DNA of 60,771 bases from Patescibacteria group bacterium UBA3531 (GTDB taxonomy: Bacteria; Patescibacteriota; Minisyncoccia; Phycocordibacterales; UBA3531): contig DFOW01000005.1 of the NCBI GenBank assembly GCA_002376885.1, positions 1 through 60,771 on the forward strand. Reading direction: 5' to 3'. The notes under the pieces are model-generated. The model ran no database searches and was not told the DNA's origin. It saw only the letters and a list, made by a program, of their open reading frames with translations. Of the stretch, positions 1 to 9,712 are shown piece after piece. The position numbers and the translations under genes were made by a program. How positions within the stretch are numbered: position 1 is the first letter of the stretch; each line of letters begins with the position of its first letter.

Positions 1-60
1 CTATATTTCATGTAGTTTGTCAAGTATAGAAACACCCCTTCCTTAAAGACAGAGAAGAAC

Positions 61-89
61 TTGACAAAAAAGGTTAGATATGGATAATA
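61..89 (+). promoter_or_regulatory. sigma70-like promoter (TTGACA-N17-ATAATA)
   Basis: TTGACA 61-66, 17-nt spacer, ATAATA 84-89; the same TTGACAAAA-type -35 recurs at several other loci in the window. Confidence 0.5.
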
Positions 90-99
90 GATGGTGTTA

Positions 100-129
100 G
101 TCCGATTCTAGACAGAATCGGGCCTTTTT
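100..129 (+). terminator. terminator-like hairpin immediately after the promoter (leader attenuator candidate)
   Basis: 10-bp stem GTCCGATTCT/AGAATCGGGC (one G-U), loop AGAC, followed by CTTTTT. Confidence 0.5.
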
Positions 130-185
130 AATATCTGCTCGCGAGAATGAGCGGTACGAAGTTCGAGCGATTTGCAGATATTAAA

Positions 186-336
186 CCCCACCCTAAATGT
201 GCGTGGGATAGACAAGCGGAGCGCGAGAGGCGAATAGCCTCATCCAAACACAGGCGCAGCACTTCGCCCCAAACAGCGTCTGCCTATTCGACAGACGCAC
301 TGCGCAAAATTTTGCAATGGCACATTTAGGGCGGGG
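186..336. ncRNA. candidate structured RNA / long inverted-repeat element upstream of nusA
   Basis: Closing stem 186-202 with 320-336 (16 pairs, one A-C mismatch). Nested hairpins: GAGGC-GAATA-GCCTC 227-241, GCGTCTG-N9-CAGACGC 276-298, GCGCAG 255-260 with CTGCGC 300-305. Locally GC-rich. The overlapping 60-aa ORF looks spurious. Confidence 0.4.
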
Positions 337-401
337 TACTCAATGTTGTAGTTACTGATTAACTCGGCATTGAACCTCATTAATCATTAAACAACATTGG
401 T

Positions 402-1754
402 ATGTTTGATTTAAAAGTATTAAATTCTGCACTTCTTCAACTCGAAGAAGAAAAAGGAATCCCTAAGACAAAAATTCTTGGGGCTATTGAGGATGCACTT
501 GCCGCAGCCTACAAAAAAGATTACGGAAAGAAGGGGCAAATTGTAAAAGCAAAGTTTGACCCAACAACCGGTAAAGTAGACTTCTTTAAAGTAAAAGTAG
601 TTGTTGACGAATCAATGATCCGCGACCCCGAAGAAGATGAAGAAGTGGGAGAACCAGAAGTTATTAACGAAGACGAAGAAGGAGAAAAGAAGGTTCTTTT
701 TAACGAAGAGCACCATATTTGGCTCCCTGACGCACAAAAAATTAAAGCCGATGTAGAACTTGGCGAAGAAATCGTCTTTCCTCTTGAACAAAAAGAAGAT
801 TACGGACGAATCGCAGCACAAACCGCAAAGCAAGTTATCATTCAACGACTCCGAGAGGCAGAGAAGGTGTCGGTACTTGATGAATTCTCTCAAAAGAAGG
901 GAGAAATTGTTACCGGAAGCGTGCAACGAGTAGAACGTGGAAACGTTTTGATTGACCTTGGACGAATCACAGCTCTTTTACCACGAGACGAACAAATCCC
1001 CGGGGAATATTATAGGCAGGGTGAACGAATCAAAACACTTTTGTTAGATGTTGTTGAAACCGGACGAGGAGTTGATCTTCGTCTCTCTCGGAGCCATCCA
1101 GACTTTTTGGTAAAACTTTTTGAAATTGAATCACCAGAAATCGCAAATGGAACGGTTGAGGTTGGTGCCATTGCACGAGAAGCCGGAAGCAGATCAAAAA
1201 TTGCCGTTGTTAGTAACGATGAAAACATTGATCCAGTTGGATCACTGGTTGGACAACGAGGTATCCGTGTAAACACGGTGATTAATGAACTCGGAGGAGA
1301 AAAGATCGACATTATTGAGTATTCAGATGATCCAGAAACTTTTATTACCCAAGCTCTCTCCCCTGCAAAAGTTATCAGTGTCGAAACCACTGAAAGTGAG
1401 AACGAAGAAGAAGCAGGAAGTGCAAAGGTAGAAGTTGAAGCAGATCAATTCTCTCTTGCCATTGGTAAAGGTGGGCAAAATGTACGACTCGCTGCAAAAC
1501 TTACCGGCTGGAAAATTGATATTGAAGCTCCAACAGGAGAACAAATGAGTGCCACAGAAGACGGTGAAACCACAGGAGACGTTGAAGAAAAAGATAATCA
1601 AGAACAAGAGAGTGAAACTACCGAAGAACCAAACGAAACCGAAGTAACTGAAGAAGAAAAGAAGGAAGAAGAGCCGGCAGAGGAGAAAAAGGAAGAGTCT
1701 TCTGAAGAAACTGAAAGTGTCGAAGAAAATAAAGAAGACAAAAAAGAAGAGTAA
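402..1754 (+). CDS. nusA: transcription termination/antitermination factor NusA with acidic C-terminal tail
   Basis: 450 aa with an N-terminal NusA domain, an S1-like region and KH repeats (GQRGIRVNTV, AIGKGGQNVRLAAKLTGWKIDI). The tail is E/K-rich. Confidence 0.92.
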   Translation: MFDLKVLNSALLQLEEEKGIPKTKILGAIEDALAAAYKKDYGKKGQIVKAKFDPTTGKVDFFKVKVVVDESMIRDPEEDEEVGEPEVINEDEEGEKKVLFNEEHHIWLPDAQKIKADVELGEEIVFPLEQKEDYGRIAAQTAKQVIIQRLREAEKVSVLDEFSQKKGEIVTGSVQRVERGNVLIDLGRITALLPRDEQIPGEYYRQGERIKTLLLDVVETGRGVDLRLSRSHPDFLVKLFEIESPEIANGTVEVGAIAREAGSRSKIAVVSNDENIDPVGSLVGQRGIRVNTVINELGGEKIDIIEYSDDPETFITQALSPAKVISVETTESENEEEAGSAKVEVEADQFSLAIGKGGQNVRLAAKLTGWKIDIEAPTGEQMSATEDGETTGDVEEKDNQEQESETTEEPNETEVTEEEKKEEEPAEEKKEESSEETESVEENKEDKKEE

Positions 1755-1770
1755 GCTATACTAAACATCT

Positions 1771-2295
1771 ATGAATCTTTGGCACGATATAGATCACGGG
1801 AAAAAGGACTCACTTAATGTAGTTGTTGAGATTGGAAAAAATTCCCGCATTAAATATGAACTTGATAAAGAAAGTGGTCAGATAAAAGTTGACCGCGTTC
1901 TTTACTCGCCAATGCACTACCCTGGTAACTATGGGTTTGTTCCAAAAACACTTTGGGATGATGGAGATCCGCTTGATGTATTGGTGCTTTCGCACGAACC
2001 ATTTGTACCGGGGTGCCTTGTGGAAGCTCGGCCGATTGGTGTTCTTGAGATGGTTGACGGAGGAGACTCAGACGCAAAGATCTTGGCAGTACCTGTTGAA
2101 GACCCTCGTTTTAACCATATAAAAGACATAAAGGATATCGACCCACATACACCAGAGGAAATCGCTCACTTTTTTAAAGTCTACAAAGATCTTCAAAAAA
2201 AGGAGGTTTCGGTAGGAGAATGGAAAGGCCGCGAGCAAGCAGAAAAGGACTTTGAACATTCTGTGGAACTCTATAAAGAAAAGTACGGAAAATAG
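1771..2295 (+). CDS. ppa: inorganic pyrophosphatase (family I)
   Basis: 174 aa; YPGNYGFVP and DGDPLDVLV signatures. Confidence 0.92.
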   Translation: MNLWHDIDHGKKDSLNVVVEIGKNSRIKYELDKESGQIKVDRVLYSPMHYPGNYGFVPKTLWDDGDPLDVLVLSHEPFVPGCLVEARPIGVLEMVDGGDSDAKILAVPVEDPRFNHIKDIKDIDPHTPEEIAHFFKVYKDLQKKEVSVGEWKGREQAEKDFEHSVELYKEKYGK

Positions 2296-2343
2296 TCTTC
2301 CACCACCCCAAACTTGTCCAAAAAACCATCCTGGTGCACAATA

Positions 2344-2373
2344 AAACAAGCGTCATATGACGCTTGTTTTATT
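2344..2373. terminator. bidirectional intrinsic terminator
   Basis: AAACAAGCGTC/GACGCTTGTTT palindrome flanked by A-run and T-run. Confidence 0.7.
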
Positions 2374-2389
2374 ACCTTAAATAAAAATT

Positions 2390-3304
2390 ATGCTTTATAA
2401 AAAATTGATTGTACTTCTTGTTGCGCTTGCCCTTGCTCTCCCCGGAGGAGCTTTCGCCGAAGAAGATGGAACAACTACAAATACAACGGAAGACAAGAAA
2501 GAAGTTGAACATCGAGACAAAAAATTAAAAGATGTTCAACTTATCGACGCGCAAAAAATTAAAACACTTCAAGATCGACAAAAAGATGCGCTTCAAACAA
2601 AGCCGCAAGAAAAACGAGATGAGTTTAATAAAAAATTAGAAGAACGAAAACTCGATTCGCAAAAAAAAGCAGACGAGGCACGAGAAAAGGCGCAAGACCG
2701 AATTGAAAAGGCTGACGAAAAACGAGACGCTATTAAAGACAAGTTAGAAGATAGGCAAGATAAAATTCGAGACAGGGCAAGCACAACAAGAGACCGAATC
2801 GAAGAAAAGCGAGAAAAGTTCAATGAACAAAGAAAAGCACGTGTTCGAGCCTTCTTTAAGCGAATGTTTACTCGAATTGAGGCTGGATTTGAACGAACAT
2901 CTAATCTTATTGAACGATTAGAGTCACGAATCGCAAAACTCGAGGAAAATAATCCAAATATCCAAACCGAAGAGGCAAAAACCTTCCTTCTTGAAGCAGA
3001 AGTAAATGTTGCTGCAGGCCTTGACACCTTGGCAAAAATTGAGGTTCTTGCTGAAGATGTAGTATCAGGAGACGATGATCCGCACCTTGTATTTGAAGAA
3101 GTTAAAGCACTCCTTCGGTCTGCCGTCCAAGACTTACGGGACGCACACGAATCAATTAAAAACGCTATCCGAAGCATTAAGGCACAATTTGACCGACCAG
3201 ATGAAGGTGACGATGATGCCGAAGATGTTATTGAAGATGAAAACGAAGACGAGGACGATGATTCATCTGACGATGGAACTGCAACCTCTACAATAACTAA
3301 TTAA
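2390..3304 (+). CDS. secreted coiled-coil protein, K/E/D/R-rich, function unknown
   Basis: 304 aa; signal peptide MLYKKLIVLLVALALALPGGAFA; long charged heptad-like region; acidic C-terminus. Confidence 0.7.
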   Translation: MLYKKLIVLLVALALALPGGAFAEEDGTTTNTTEDKKEVEHRDKKLKDVQLIDAQKIKTLQDRQKDALQTKPQEKRDEFNKKLEERKLDSQKKADEAREKAQDRIEKADEKRDAIKDKLEDRQDKIRDRASTTRDRIEEKREKFNEQRKARVRAFFKRMFTRIEAGFERTSNLIERLESRIAKLEENNPNIQTEEAKTFLLEAEVNVAAGLDTLAKIEVLAEDVVSGDDDPHLVFEEVKALLRSAVQDLRDAHESIKNAIRSIKAQFDRPDEGDDDAEDVIEDENEDEDDDSSDDGTATSTITN

Positions 3305-3323
3305 AACTAATTTAGACTAGCCT

Positions 3324-3689
3324 ATGGATGAAAACCAACAAGTAAATAACGAGAACCAAGCACCACCACAAGACACACAAGCATCTGCGCCTGCCCCCGA
3401 ACAAGGAGGCAAAGGAGCACTCATTGGTGCAATCATTGTTGTTCTTATTTTGATCGGTCTTGGAGTATATGTTTTCTCTAACCGAGAAATCCCTACCGAT
3501 CTTTCTGATGAGGAAAGCGCTCAAATTGAACAGGGAATTTTAAATCTTCCTGATGAGCAAAGAGCATCGCTTGAAGCACAAGGATCGACCGATGCCTTGA
3601 GTGAAATTGAGCAAGATGCAAACAGTACTGACCTTAATAACCTTGATGCAGAACTTCAAGCGATCGACGAAGAACTAGGAGAGCTGTAA
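3324..3689 (+). CDS. single-pass membrane protein, function unknown
   Basis: 121 aa; one TM segment GALIGAIIVVLILIGLGVYVF; acidic C-terminal part. Confidence 0.6.
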   Translation: MDENQQVNNENQAPPQDTQASAPAPEQGGKGALIGAIIVVLILIGLGVYVFSNREIPTDLSDEESAQIEQGILNLPDEQRASLEAQGSTDALSEIEQDANSTDLNNLDAELQAIDEELGEL

Positions 3690-3710
3690 TTTAAAAAGAA
3701 TTCAAAGCAA

Positions 3711-3740
3711 AAACCTCGCCACATAAGACGAGGTTTTTTG
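3711..3740 (+). terminator. intrinsic terminator
   Basis: AAACCTCG-N10-CGAGGTTT followed by TTTTG. Confidence 0.7.
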
Positions 3741-3885
3741 TTTGCAAAAAGACCTAAACCAAGCTACACTAGTGCCTTACTTGTCCCGTCAAAAATTCAA
3801 CAAGAAAGACTGGGTTGACTAACAACGGAGCAAGTCGCAGATTTTCAAAGACCACAACTATTAAAAAGTAACAATTTTGTACGGG

Positions 3886-4908
3886 ATGGAAAGTCTTAAA
3901 ATCAATAAACTCGATAATTCAGAGGTAGAAATCGAAGGAGAAATCTCTGCGGATGTTTTTGCTAAATACCATAAAACTGCCCTTGATAAATTCAAAAAAG
4001 ATGTGGTTGTTGATGGGTTTCGAAAAGGAAACGTTCCAGAGAAAGTACTTTTGGAGAAGGTAGGAGAAGGTGCAGTGCTTCAAGCCGCGGCAGAAGAAGC
4101 TCTGAAGGATCATTACCCAAAAGTAATTCTTGATAATAAAATTGAAGCCATTGGACGGCCGGAAATCACTATCACCAAACTTGCTAAAGATAATCCTCTT
4201 GGATTTAAAGCGCGTACTGCGGTGCTCCCTGAATTTACTCTCCCCGACTACAAAGCACTCGCTAAAAAAGTAACGAGCAAAAAAGAAGAACCTATCGAAG
4301 TTACTGACAAGGATCTAGAAGATGCGCTTGGTGAACTTAAAAAGCGAGAGGAAGCCGTGGCACAAGCACAAAACGAAGGAGATAAAAAGGAGGTTATCGT
4401 AAACGATGACTTTGCAAAAAAATTGGGAGATTTTAAAAACCTAGACGACCTAAAAGAAAAGCTAAAAGAAGGGATTAAAAAAGATAAGGAACACAGAGCG
4501 CATGATAAGCGCAGAGCTGAGATTCTTGATGCACTCGCTGACGGGACTACCCTTTCTGTTCCTGCTGTTCTTGTACAAAACGAACAAGATAAAATGTTTG
4601 CCGACCTTCGGTTCCAAATCGAACGATCTGGCCTTGATTTTAACGATTATTTAAGCCATATTAAAAAAACAGAAAGCGAGCTAAAAGAAAGCTGGCGCGA
4701 AAACGCAGAAAAACGAGCAAAAATTAATCTCATTCTCGAACGAATTATTAAGGAAGAGAAAATTACTCCCGACCCAACAAAAGTAGAGAGCGAAATGACT
4801 GCACTTAAGCAAATGTATCCGGATGTTCCAGAAGACAAGGCACGAAGTTATGCAGAAGGTGTTCTTACGTACGAACAAGTCTACTCATTGTTAGAAGCTA
4901 AACAATAA
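3886..4908 (+). CDS. tig: trigger factor, short form without an obvious PPIase domain
   Basis: GFRKGNVP ribosome-binding signature near the N-terminus. ATG at 3886 is preferred over the TTG at 3877 used by the ORF track. About 340 aa versus about 430 aa typical. Confidence 0.8.
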   Translation: MESLKINKLDNSEVEIEGEISADVFAKYHKTALDKFKKDVVVDGFRKGNVPEKVLLEKVGEGAVLQAAAEEALKDHYPKVILDNKIEAIGRPEITITKLAKDNPLGFKARTAVLPEFTLPDYKALAKKVTSKKEEPIEVTDKDLEDALGELKKREEAVAQAQNEGDKKEVIVNDDFAKKLGDFKNLDDLKEKLKEGIKKDKEHRAHDKRRAEILDALADGTTLSVPAVLVQNEQDKMFADLRFQIERSGLDFNDYLSHIKKTESELKESWRENAEKRAKINLILERIIKEEKITPDPTKVESEMTALKQMYPDVPEDKARSYAEGVLTYEQVYSLLEAKQ

Positions 4909-4912
4909 CACT

Positions 4913-5491
4913 ATGATTATCCCAACTGTTTTAGAGAAATCACAATTTGGAGAACGAGCATATGACATTTATTCTCGTCTCCTAAAAGATAGGATCATCT
5001 TTTTGGCGGGCCCTATTGATGACCATAAAGCAAATTTAATTATTGCTCAGCTTTTATTTTTGGAATCACAAGACCCTAAAAAAGATATTAGTTTTTACAT
5101 TAACTCACCAGGAGGGTCAGCAAGCGCAACACTCGCTATGGTAGACACCATGCAACACATTAAGCCAAAAGTCTCAACCGTATGTGTTGGAATGGCAGCG
5201 TCAGGTGGCGCAATCCTTCTTGCGATGGGAGAAAAAGGAAAGCGATATGCACTCCCTAATTCAGAAATCATGATTCACCAACCATTGGGTGGAGCACAAG
5301 GACAAGCAACTGATATTGAAATTACCGCAAAGCATATTTTGTCGTTACGAGAACGACTTAATAAAATGTTAGCAAAAGTCACCGGACAAACCGTTGCACA
5401 GATTGAAAAAGATGTTGAACGAGACTTCTTTATGACCGCAGACCAAGCTAAAAAATACGGCATCGTCGACGAAATCCTCAAGACAAAGTAA
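4913..5491 (+). CDS. clpP: ATP-dependent Clp protease proteolytic subunit
   Basis: 192 aa; GMAASGGA (active-site Ser), MIHQP (His), typical ClpP N-terminus [18 protein letters not shown]. Confidence 0.95.
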   Translation: MIIPTVLEKSQFGERAYDIYSRLLKDRIIFLAGPIDDHKANLIIAQLLFLESQDPKKDISFYINSPGGSASATLAMVDTMQHIKPKVSTVCVGMAASGGAILLAMGEKGKRYALPNSEIMIHQPLGGAQGQATDIEITAKHILSLRERLNKMLAKVTGQTVAQIEKDVERDFFMTADQAKKYGIVDEILKTK

Positions 5492-5509
5492 GCAACATAA
5501 CAACAAACA

Positions 5510-5538
5510 AAAATCCCGCTTGATTGCGGGATTTTTTT
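5510..5538. terminator. bidirectional intrinsic terminator between convergent clpP and dsbA-like genes
   Basis: AAATCCCGC-TTGATT-GCGGGATTT with a T-run on both strands. Confidence 0.75.
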
Positions 5539-5546
5539 GGAAAAAC

Positions 5547-6275
5547 CTATTCCGCGACTGCCTGATCAAATACTTGCCGTAATTGATCCGCCCCCACAAA
5601 CCCATCAATCGGTGCAAGCACTTCCCCATCATCATTTACGATAACTGAAAATGGTGTGCCTACTCCCCGTGCAAGTCCAAGATCTACAAATTGTTGGATG
5701 ATAGCAATCGCATTTCGAGAATCCTCATCAACTCGTTCCTTCATGTCTCCAGAATTAAGACACGCAAGAAATTCTTCTCTATCAAGCCCTGCAAATTCTG
5801 CAATCTCTGGCAACTGCGAATCCAAGAGTCCATTATTTGCTGGGGTTATGTCAAACAATCTATTGGTGTATGCCCAAAAAGTGTCATTACCACCAAGTTC
5901 TGCCGCACATTCGGTTGCCTCTGCTTGTCTAGGTGCTTCTGGATGAAGTTGAGGAAGTGGCAGGTGCCGGTACACCCATGCTACTTGCCCTTCATATTCT
6001 GGTAAAACTTCGTTCAGCGATTCATGAAAGCGCTTACAAAACGGACATTCGGTGTCACTAAACTCTACAAGTTTAATTGGGGCGTCAGCGTCTCCTAGAA
6101 TATGGTCGTCTCGAGTTACTTCTACTTTGATATCAGAAATATCGATAGGTTCGGGTCCAGTTGCCTGGTTCCCTCCTCCTCCATCTTTCAAATAAAGGGC
6201 TCCTGCTATAACAACCCCTGCGATAATAATAGAGATGGGAACCAAATAAGGGTTTTGTGATTGTGTTTCTGACAT
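5547..6275 (-). CDS. membrane-anchored DsbA-family thiol:disulfide oxidoreductase
   Basis: 242 aa; N-terminal TM helix; CPFC active site in SDTECPFCKRFH. Confidence 0.8.
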   Translation of the reverse strand: MSETQSQNPYLVPISIIIAGVVIAGALYLKDGGGGNQATGPEPIDISDIKVEVTRDDHILGDADAPIKLVEFSDTECPFCKRFHESLNEVLPEYEGQVAWVYRHLPLPQLHPEAPRQAEATECAAELGGNDTFWAYTNRLFDITPANNGLLDSQLPEIAEFAGLDREEFLACLNSGDMKERVDEDSRNAIAIIQQFVDLGLARGVGTPFSVIVNDDGEVLAPIDGFVGADQLRQVFDQAVAE

Positions 6276-6563
6276 ACAATATATTAGTTAGTTAATTGAA
6301 TGTACTCACCATACTACGGACACATGCCCTAAAGCAAATTATTAGACAAACATACATACCGCTGGTATACTTAAGTCGTTCCAATTTATTAGAAATTTAA
6401 TTGAAACGCCTAAAAACCTTTAAAAATCAACACTTTTTAGCACATTCACATGGATATTACCTTTCTATCTGAATCTAACACTTTGATCTATTACGACGAT
6501 TTACAGTAAATCGCCGGTTTGAACAGTACTGAAAAGAAGAGGTTTAGGCGGTAGATAACGCTT

Positions 6564-8093
6564 ATGACCACACTAGAACTAATACTTCTCATGGCAACGG
6601 CCGGAGTCGGTGGCATTGTCGTGGGATACGTTTTGCGTTGGACAATCTCTTTAGGGAAGAAGGGGTCAATGGAGCTAAAGGTTCAAGAAACCCTTCTTGA
6701 AGCAAAAGAAAAGGCTCAAAAAATTACTGAAGACGCAGAACACGAGGCTGAAAAAATTGTGGGAGGAGCTCAAAAAGGAGTTAAAGAAAAAGAAGATGAG
6801 CTCAAAAAACGAGAAGATCACCTTTTAAAGAAGGATGAAACACTCGACAAACGACAAGCAGACCTCGATAAAGAAGAAGGCGAACTAAAAGAGAAGATTG
6901 AAGAAGTAAAAGCTATTAAAGAAGAGGTTGGAGAGGCACGCGAAAAAGAATTAAAGAAACTAGAAGAAGTTGCGAGCCTTTCAAAAGATGATGCCAAACA
7001 AGAATTGGTATCACTCATTGAAAAAGATAGCGAAGAAGACTTTCTTAAGCGAATGCAAAAGCTTGAGCAAGAAAACGAAGACCGACTCGACCGAAAAGCA
7101 AAGGACATTTTGGCAAACATTATTCAAAGACTTGCCGTATCAACCGTTGCCGACACTATGGCAACCAATGTCGACCTCCCTGGAGACGACATTAAAGGAA
7201 AAATTATTGGAAAAGAAGGACGAAACATTCGCGCATTTGAGCGTGCAACCGGTGTTGAGGTCTTGATTGACGATACACCAGGAACCGTTACCCTTTCTGC
7301 TTTTGATCCGGTTCGTCGAGCCATTGCAAAAGTAGCAATGGAGAACTTGATTGCTGATGGACGAATCCAACCAGCAAAGATTGAAGAAACCGTAGACAAG
7401 GCACGAGAAGAAATCGGAAACATTATTAAAGAAAAGGGAGAGCAAGCAGCCTATGAATCAGGTGTCATTGGTCTTGATCCACGAATCATTGCAATTATGG
7501 GGCGACTCCACTTTAGAACCAGTTACGGACAAAATGTTTTGCAACACTCAATCGAAATGGCGCACATTGCTGGCATGCTTGCAGAAGAATTAGGTGCAGA
7601 TGTACAAGTGTCACGCGCAGGAGCTTTGTTGCATGACATTGGGAAAGCTGTTGACCATGAAATCCAAGGAACACACGTTGAAATTGGACGAAGAATCCTC
7701 CAAAAGTTTGGTGCAGACGAACGAATCATTAAAGCCATGCAGGCACATCACGAAGAGTATCCGTACGAAACGATTGAGTCTATCATTGTTCAAACCGCAG
7801 ACTCAATTAGTGGAGGACGACCTGGTGCACGTCGCGACAGTGTAGAGAATTACCTTAAACGACTCTCTGACTTGGAAGGAATTGCAACGTCATTTGAAGG
7901 AGTTGAGAAGAGTTATGCCATTCAAGCAGGACGCGAAATTCGTATCTTCGTAAGCCCTGACGTTGTTGGTGACCTTGAAGCTAAAAAATTGGCTCGAGAC
8001 ATTGCTAACCGCATTGAGCAAGAGCTTAAATACCCCGGAGAGATTAAAGTAAACGTGATCAGGGAGAACCGAGTGATAGAATTTGCTCGGTAA
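6564..8093 (+). CDS. rny: ribonuclease Y
   Basis: 509 aa; N-terminal TM, coiled coil, KH (GKIIGKEGRNIRAFE), HD domain (LLHDIGKA). Confidence 0.93.
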   Translation: MTTLELILLMATAGVGGIVVGYVLRWTISLGKKGSMELKVQETLLEAKEKAQKITEDAEHEAEKIVGGAQKGVKEKEDELKKREDHLLKKDETLDKRQADLDKEEGELKEKIEEVKAIKEEVGEAREKELKKLEEVASLSKDDAKQELVSLIEKDSEEDFLKRMQKLEQENEDRLDRKAKDILANIIQRLAVSTVADTMATNVDLPGDDIKGKIIGKEGRNIRAFERATGVEVLIDDTPGTVTLSAFDPVRRAIAKVAMENLIADGRIQPAKIEETVDKAREEIGNIIKEKGEQAAYESGVIGLDPRIIAIMGRLHFRTSYGQNVLQHSIEMAHIAGMLAEELGADVQVSRAGALLHDIGKAVDHEIQGTHVEIGRRILQKFGADERIIKAMQAHHEEYPYETIESIIVQTADSISGGRPGARRDSVENYLKRLSDLEGIATSFEGVEKSYAIQAGREIRIFVSPDVVGDLEAKKLARDIANRIEQELKYPGEIKVNVIRENRVIEFAR

Positions 8094-8196
8094 AAAGCCC
8101 GAAAATCCCTTATCCCCAGCCTGTTTACTCCCAAAATCCGTTGATATATAATGGTTTTTAAGGTCGGCATATATTAAGAGCGGTCATTAAAACACA

Positions 8197-8469
8197 ATGA
8201 ATAAAGCACAAATTGTTGATGCAGTTCACTCAAAGTTGAACACTACCAAAGTAGCAGCAGAAGAAGCTGTTGATACGGTCATCAACTCAATCTTAGACAG
8301 CTTGAAAAAGGGAGAAGAAGTTTCTATTGCCGGTCTCGGCATCTTCTCTGTAAAAGATAGAGCCGCACGAACAGCGCGGAACCCACGTACTGGTGAGCCA
8401 GTACAAATTCCTGCTATGAAGGTACCAAAGTTCCGAGCTGCAAAAGCTTTGAAAGAAGCGGTTAAATAA
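8197..8469 (+). CDS. hup: HU family DNA-binding protein
   Basis: 90 aa; GFGIF-like SIAGLGIFSV and RNPRTGEPVQIPA arm. Confidence 0.93.
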   Translation: MNKAQIVDAVHSKLNTTKVAAEEAVDTVINSILDSLKKGEEVSIAGLGIFSVKDRAARTARNPRTGEPVQIPAMKVPKFRAAKALKEAVK

Positions 8470-8506
8470 AATACGTTCCTCAAAAGAGGAAATCACTACA
8501 CATAAG

Positions 8507-8530
8507 AACCTCACACTCGTGGGGTTTTTA
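8507..8530 (+). terminator. intrinsic terminator after hup
   Basis: AACCTCAC-ACTC-GTGGGGTT then TTTT. Confidence 0.6.
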
Positions 8531-8594
8531 TGTTTTTAGGGTTTTAGAAACAAAAGAACCGCCCGAAGAACATGAGGACAAAGCGATTCTTTTA

Positions 8595-9188
8595 CTAAGC
8601 CCCTCCGTTCTTTGGACGGATAATGAGTTGTGAGTAGCGCGTATCAAGACGGTTAGAGTTCCCTTCGTCGGGTCGTGTCCGTCTACTCCAAACTGATTCA
8701 AAATGGCTTTGGGTGATGCACTTGTAATCCTTTCCGTTCTCTCGTGAATCCCTCAGACAGTAGTAATCCTCTTTATCATCAAACCCGCACACCACATAGA
8801 AGTGATCAACATGGTGAATAATGACGGGGACACCGCGAATGATTGACCCTCGCAACGCCCCGAACGCTGCATCACGCATGGAACGATCGCATGAGACTCG
8901 CTCCAACCTCTGATAGAGCTCGGGCACCGCAAGCGTCACCTTGTGATCACTCATGTTCATGGCTGCTTGTGCAAGCTGACCTATAGTGACGTATATGTTA
9001 AACCCAACGCCTTTCCAATCGCCGCTTGTGTCATCTTGCCTAATTTCTCCTCCTCGCAAGAAGGCAGCAACATCCAGCTGATCTAGGCACTGACCCCAAT
9101 ACCGAAGAACAGCTGTGAGCGTAGCGTATCCGCACCACCCGGATGCCCGCTGCTTAACCCACGGAACATCAGGAATAACAAAACGCAT
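8595..9188 (-). CDS. C39-like papain-fold cysteine peptidase domain protein (cassette A, about 50% GC)
   Basis: 197 aa. Q-x5-C motif in KQRASGWCGYATL. His/Asp block in HHVDHFYVVCGFDD. Own promoter candidate TTGACT/TAAACT at 9211-9238 and a GGGGG RBS. Confidence 0.55.
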   Translation of the reverse strand: MRFVIPDVPWVKQRASGWCGYATLTAVLRYWGQCLDQLDVAAFLRGGEIRQDDTSGDWKGVGFNIYVTIGQLAQAAMNMSDHKVTLAVPELYQRLERVSCDRSMRDAAFGALRGSIIRGVPVIIHHVDHFYVVCGFDDKEDYYCLRDSRENGKDYKCITQSHFESVWSRRTRPDEGNSNRLDTRYSQLIIRPKNGGA

Positions 9189-9210
9189 AACACCCCCTTT
9201 TCTAATTGTT

Positions 9211-9238
9211 AGTTTAGCTGTGCAATTGAAGGAGTCAA
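9211..9238 (-). promoter_or_regulatory. promoter candidate for the C39-like gene
   Basis: minus-strand TTGACT (9233-9238), 16-nt spacer, TAAACT (9211-9216). Confidence 0.4.
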
Positions 9239-9254
9239 TATTTTAAAAAAGCGA

Positions 9255-9288
9255 GAGGGCCCGCGCCATGTTTGTGGCGCGGGCCCCT
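9255..9288 (-). terminator. GC-rich intrinsic terminator of the 130-aa cassette gene
   Basis: GGGGCCCGCGCCA-loop-TGGCGCGGGCCC; on the minus strand followed by CTCGCTTTTTT. Confidence 0.7.
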
Positions 9289-9296
9289 TGTTGTGG

Positions 9297-9689
9297 CTAT
9301 GCCTCCTTGAGGCCACAGGCCTCGAGGAGGAGCTTCCGGAGCGGTTCGTCGCTCTTGCTGTCGACAGCGCGAGCCACTGCCATGGCAACCTCGTCGGGGA
9401 TCCCGATCAAGCGCGCCGCTACCGCGTAGTCACCCTCCTTGAAGAAGGTGCCCATCCGTGCCAAAGCGAGTGCCGTGATAGGACACAGAACACCGTCCTC
9501 CTCGCACGGGCGAGCGAACAGACGGATGTGCTCCGGCTTCTTGCTCGTGGGACGAGGGTGAAGTCTGGCCTTCCACCCTTCCACAGTCACGAGCTTCTCG
9601 ATGGCCTCCGCGATCTCGGCAAACCACCGAAGAGCTTCGTCCTCCGTGAGGGTGGATTCGGTTGTTCTTTCTCTTTGCGCGTCTAACAC
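9297..9689 (-). CDS. hypothetical protein, about 60% GC (cassette A)
   Basis: 130 aa; GTG start with GGAGG 5 nt upstream. The protein-like composition contrasts with the plus-strand shadow ORF. Promoter TTGACT/TAGACT at 9713-9740. Confidence 0.65.
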   Translation of the reverse strand: MLDAQRERTTESTLTEDEALRWFAEIAEAIEKLVTVEGWKARLHPRPTSKKPEHIRLFARPCEEDGVLCPITALALARMGTFFKEGDYAVAARLIGIPDEVAMAVARAVDSKSDEPLRKLLLEACGLKEA

Positions 9690-9712
9690 AACGCACCTCC
9701 TTTTCTTGCTCT

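Noticed and set aside
147-329. 60-aa ORF upstream of nusA
   Set aside because: The R/S/K-rich sequence is not protein-like. There is no RBS, and the ORF lies entirely inside a nested-hairpin region that is better explained as structured RNA.
3495-3580. CTGATGA strings inside the 3324-3689 CDS as further hammerheads
   Set aside because: There is no stem II hairpin followed by GAAA and no paired stems I and III. These are coding sequence for an acidic protein.
9288-9686. 132-aa plus-strand ORF opposite the 130-aa cassette A gene
   Set aside because: It has no RBS and poor composition. The minus frame has a GGAGG-GTG start and a terminator in the correct orientation.
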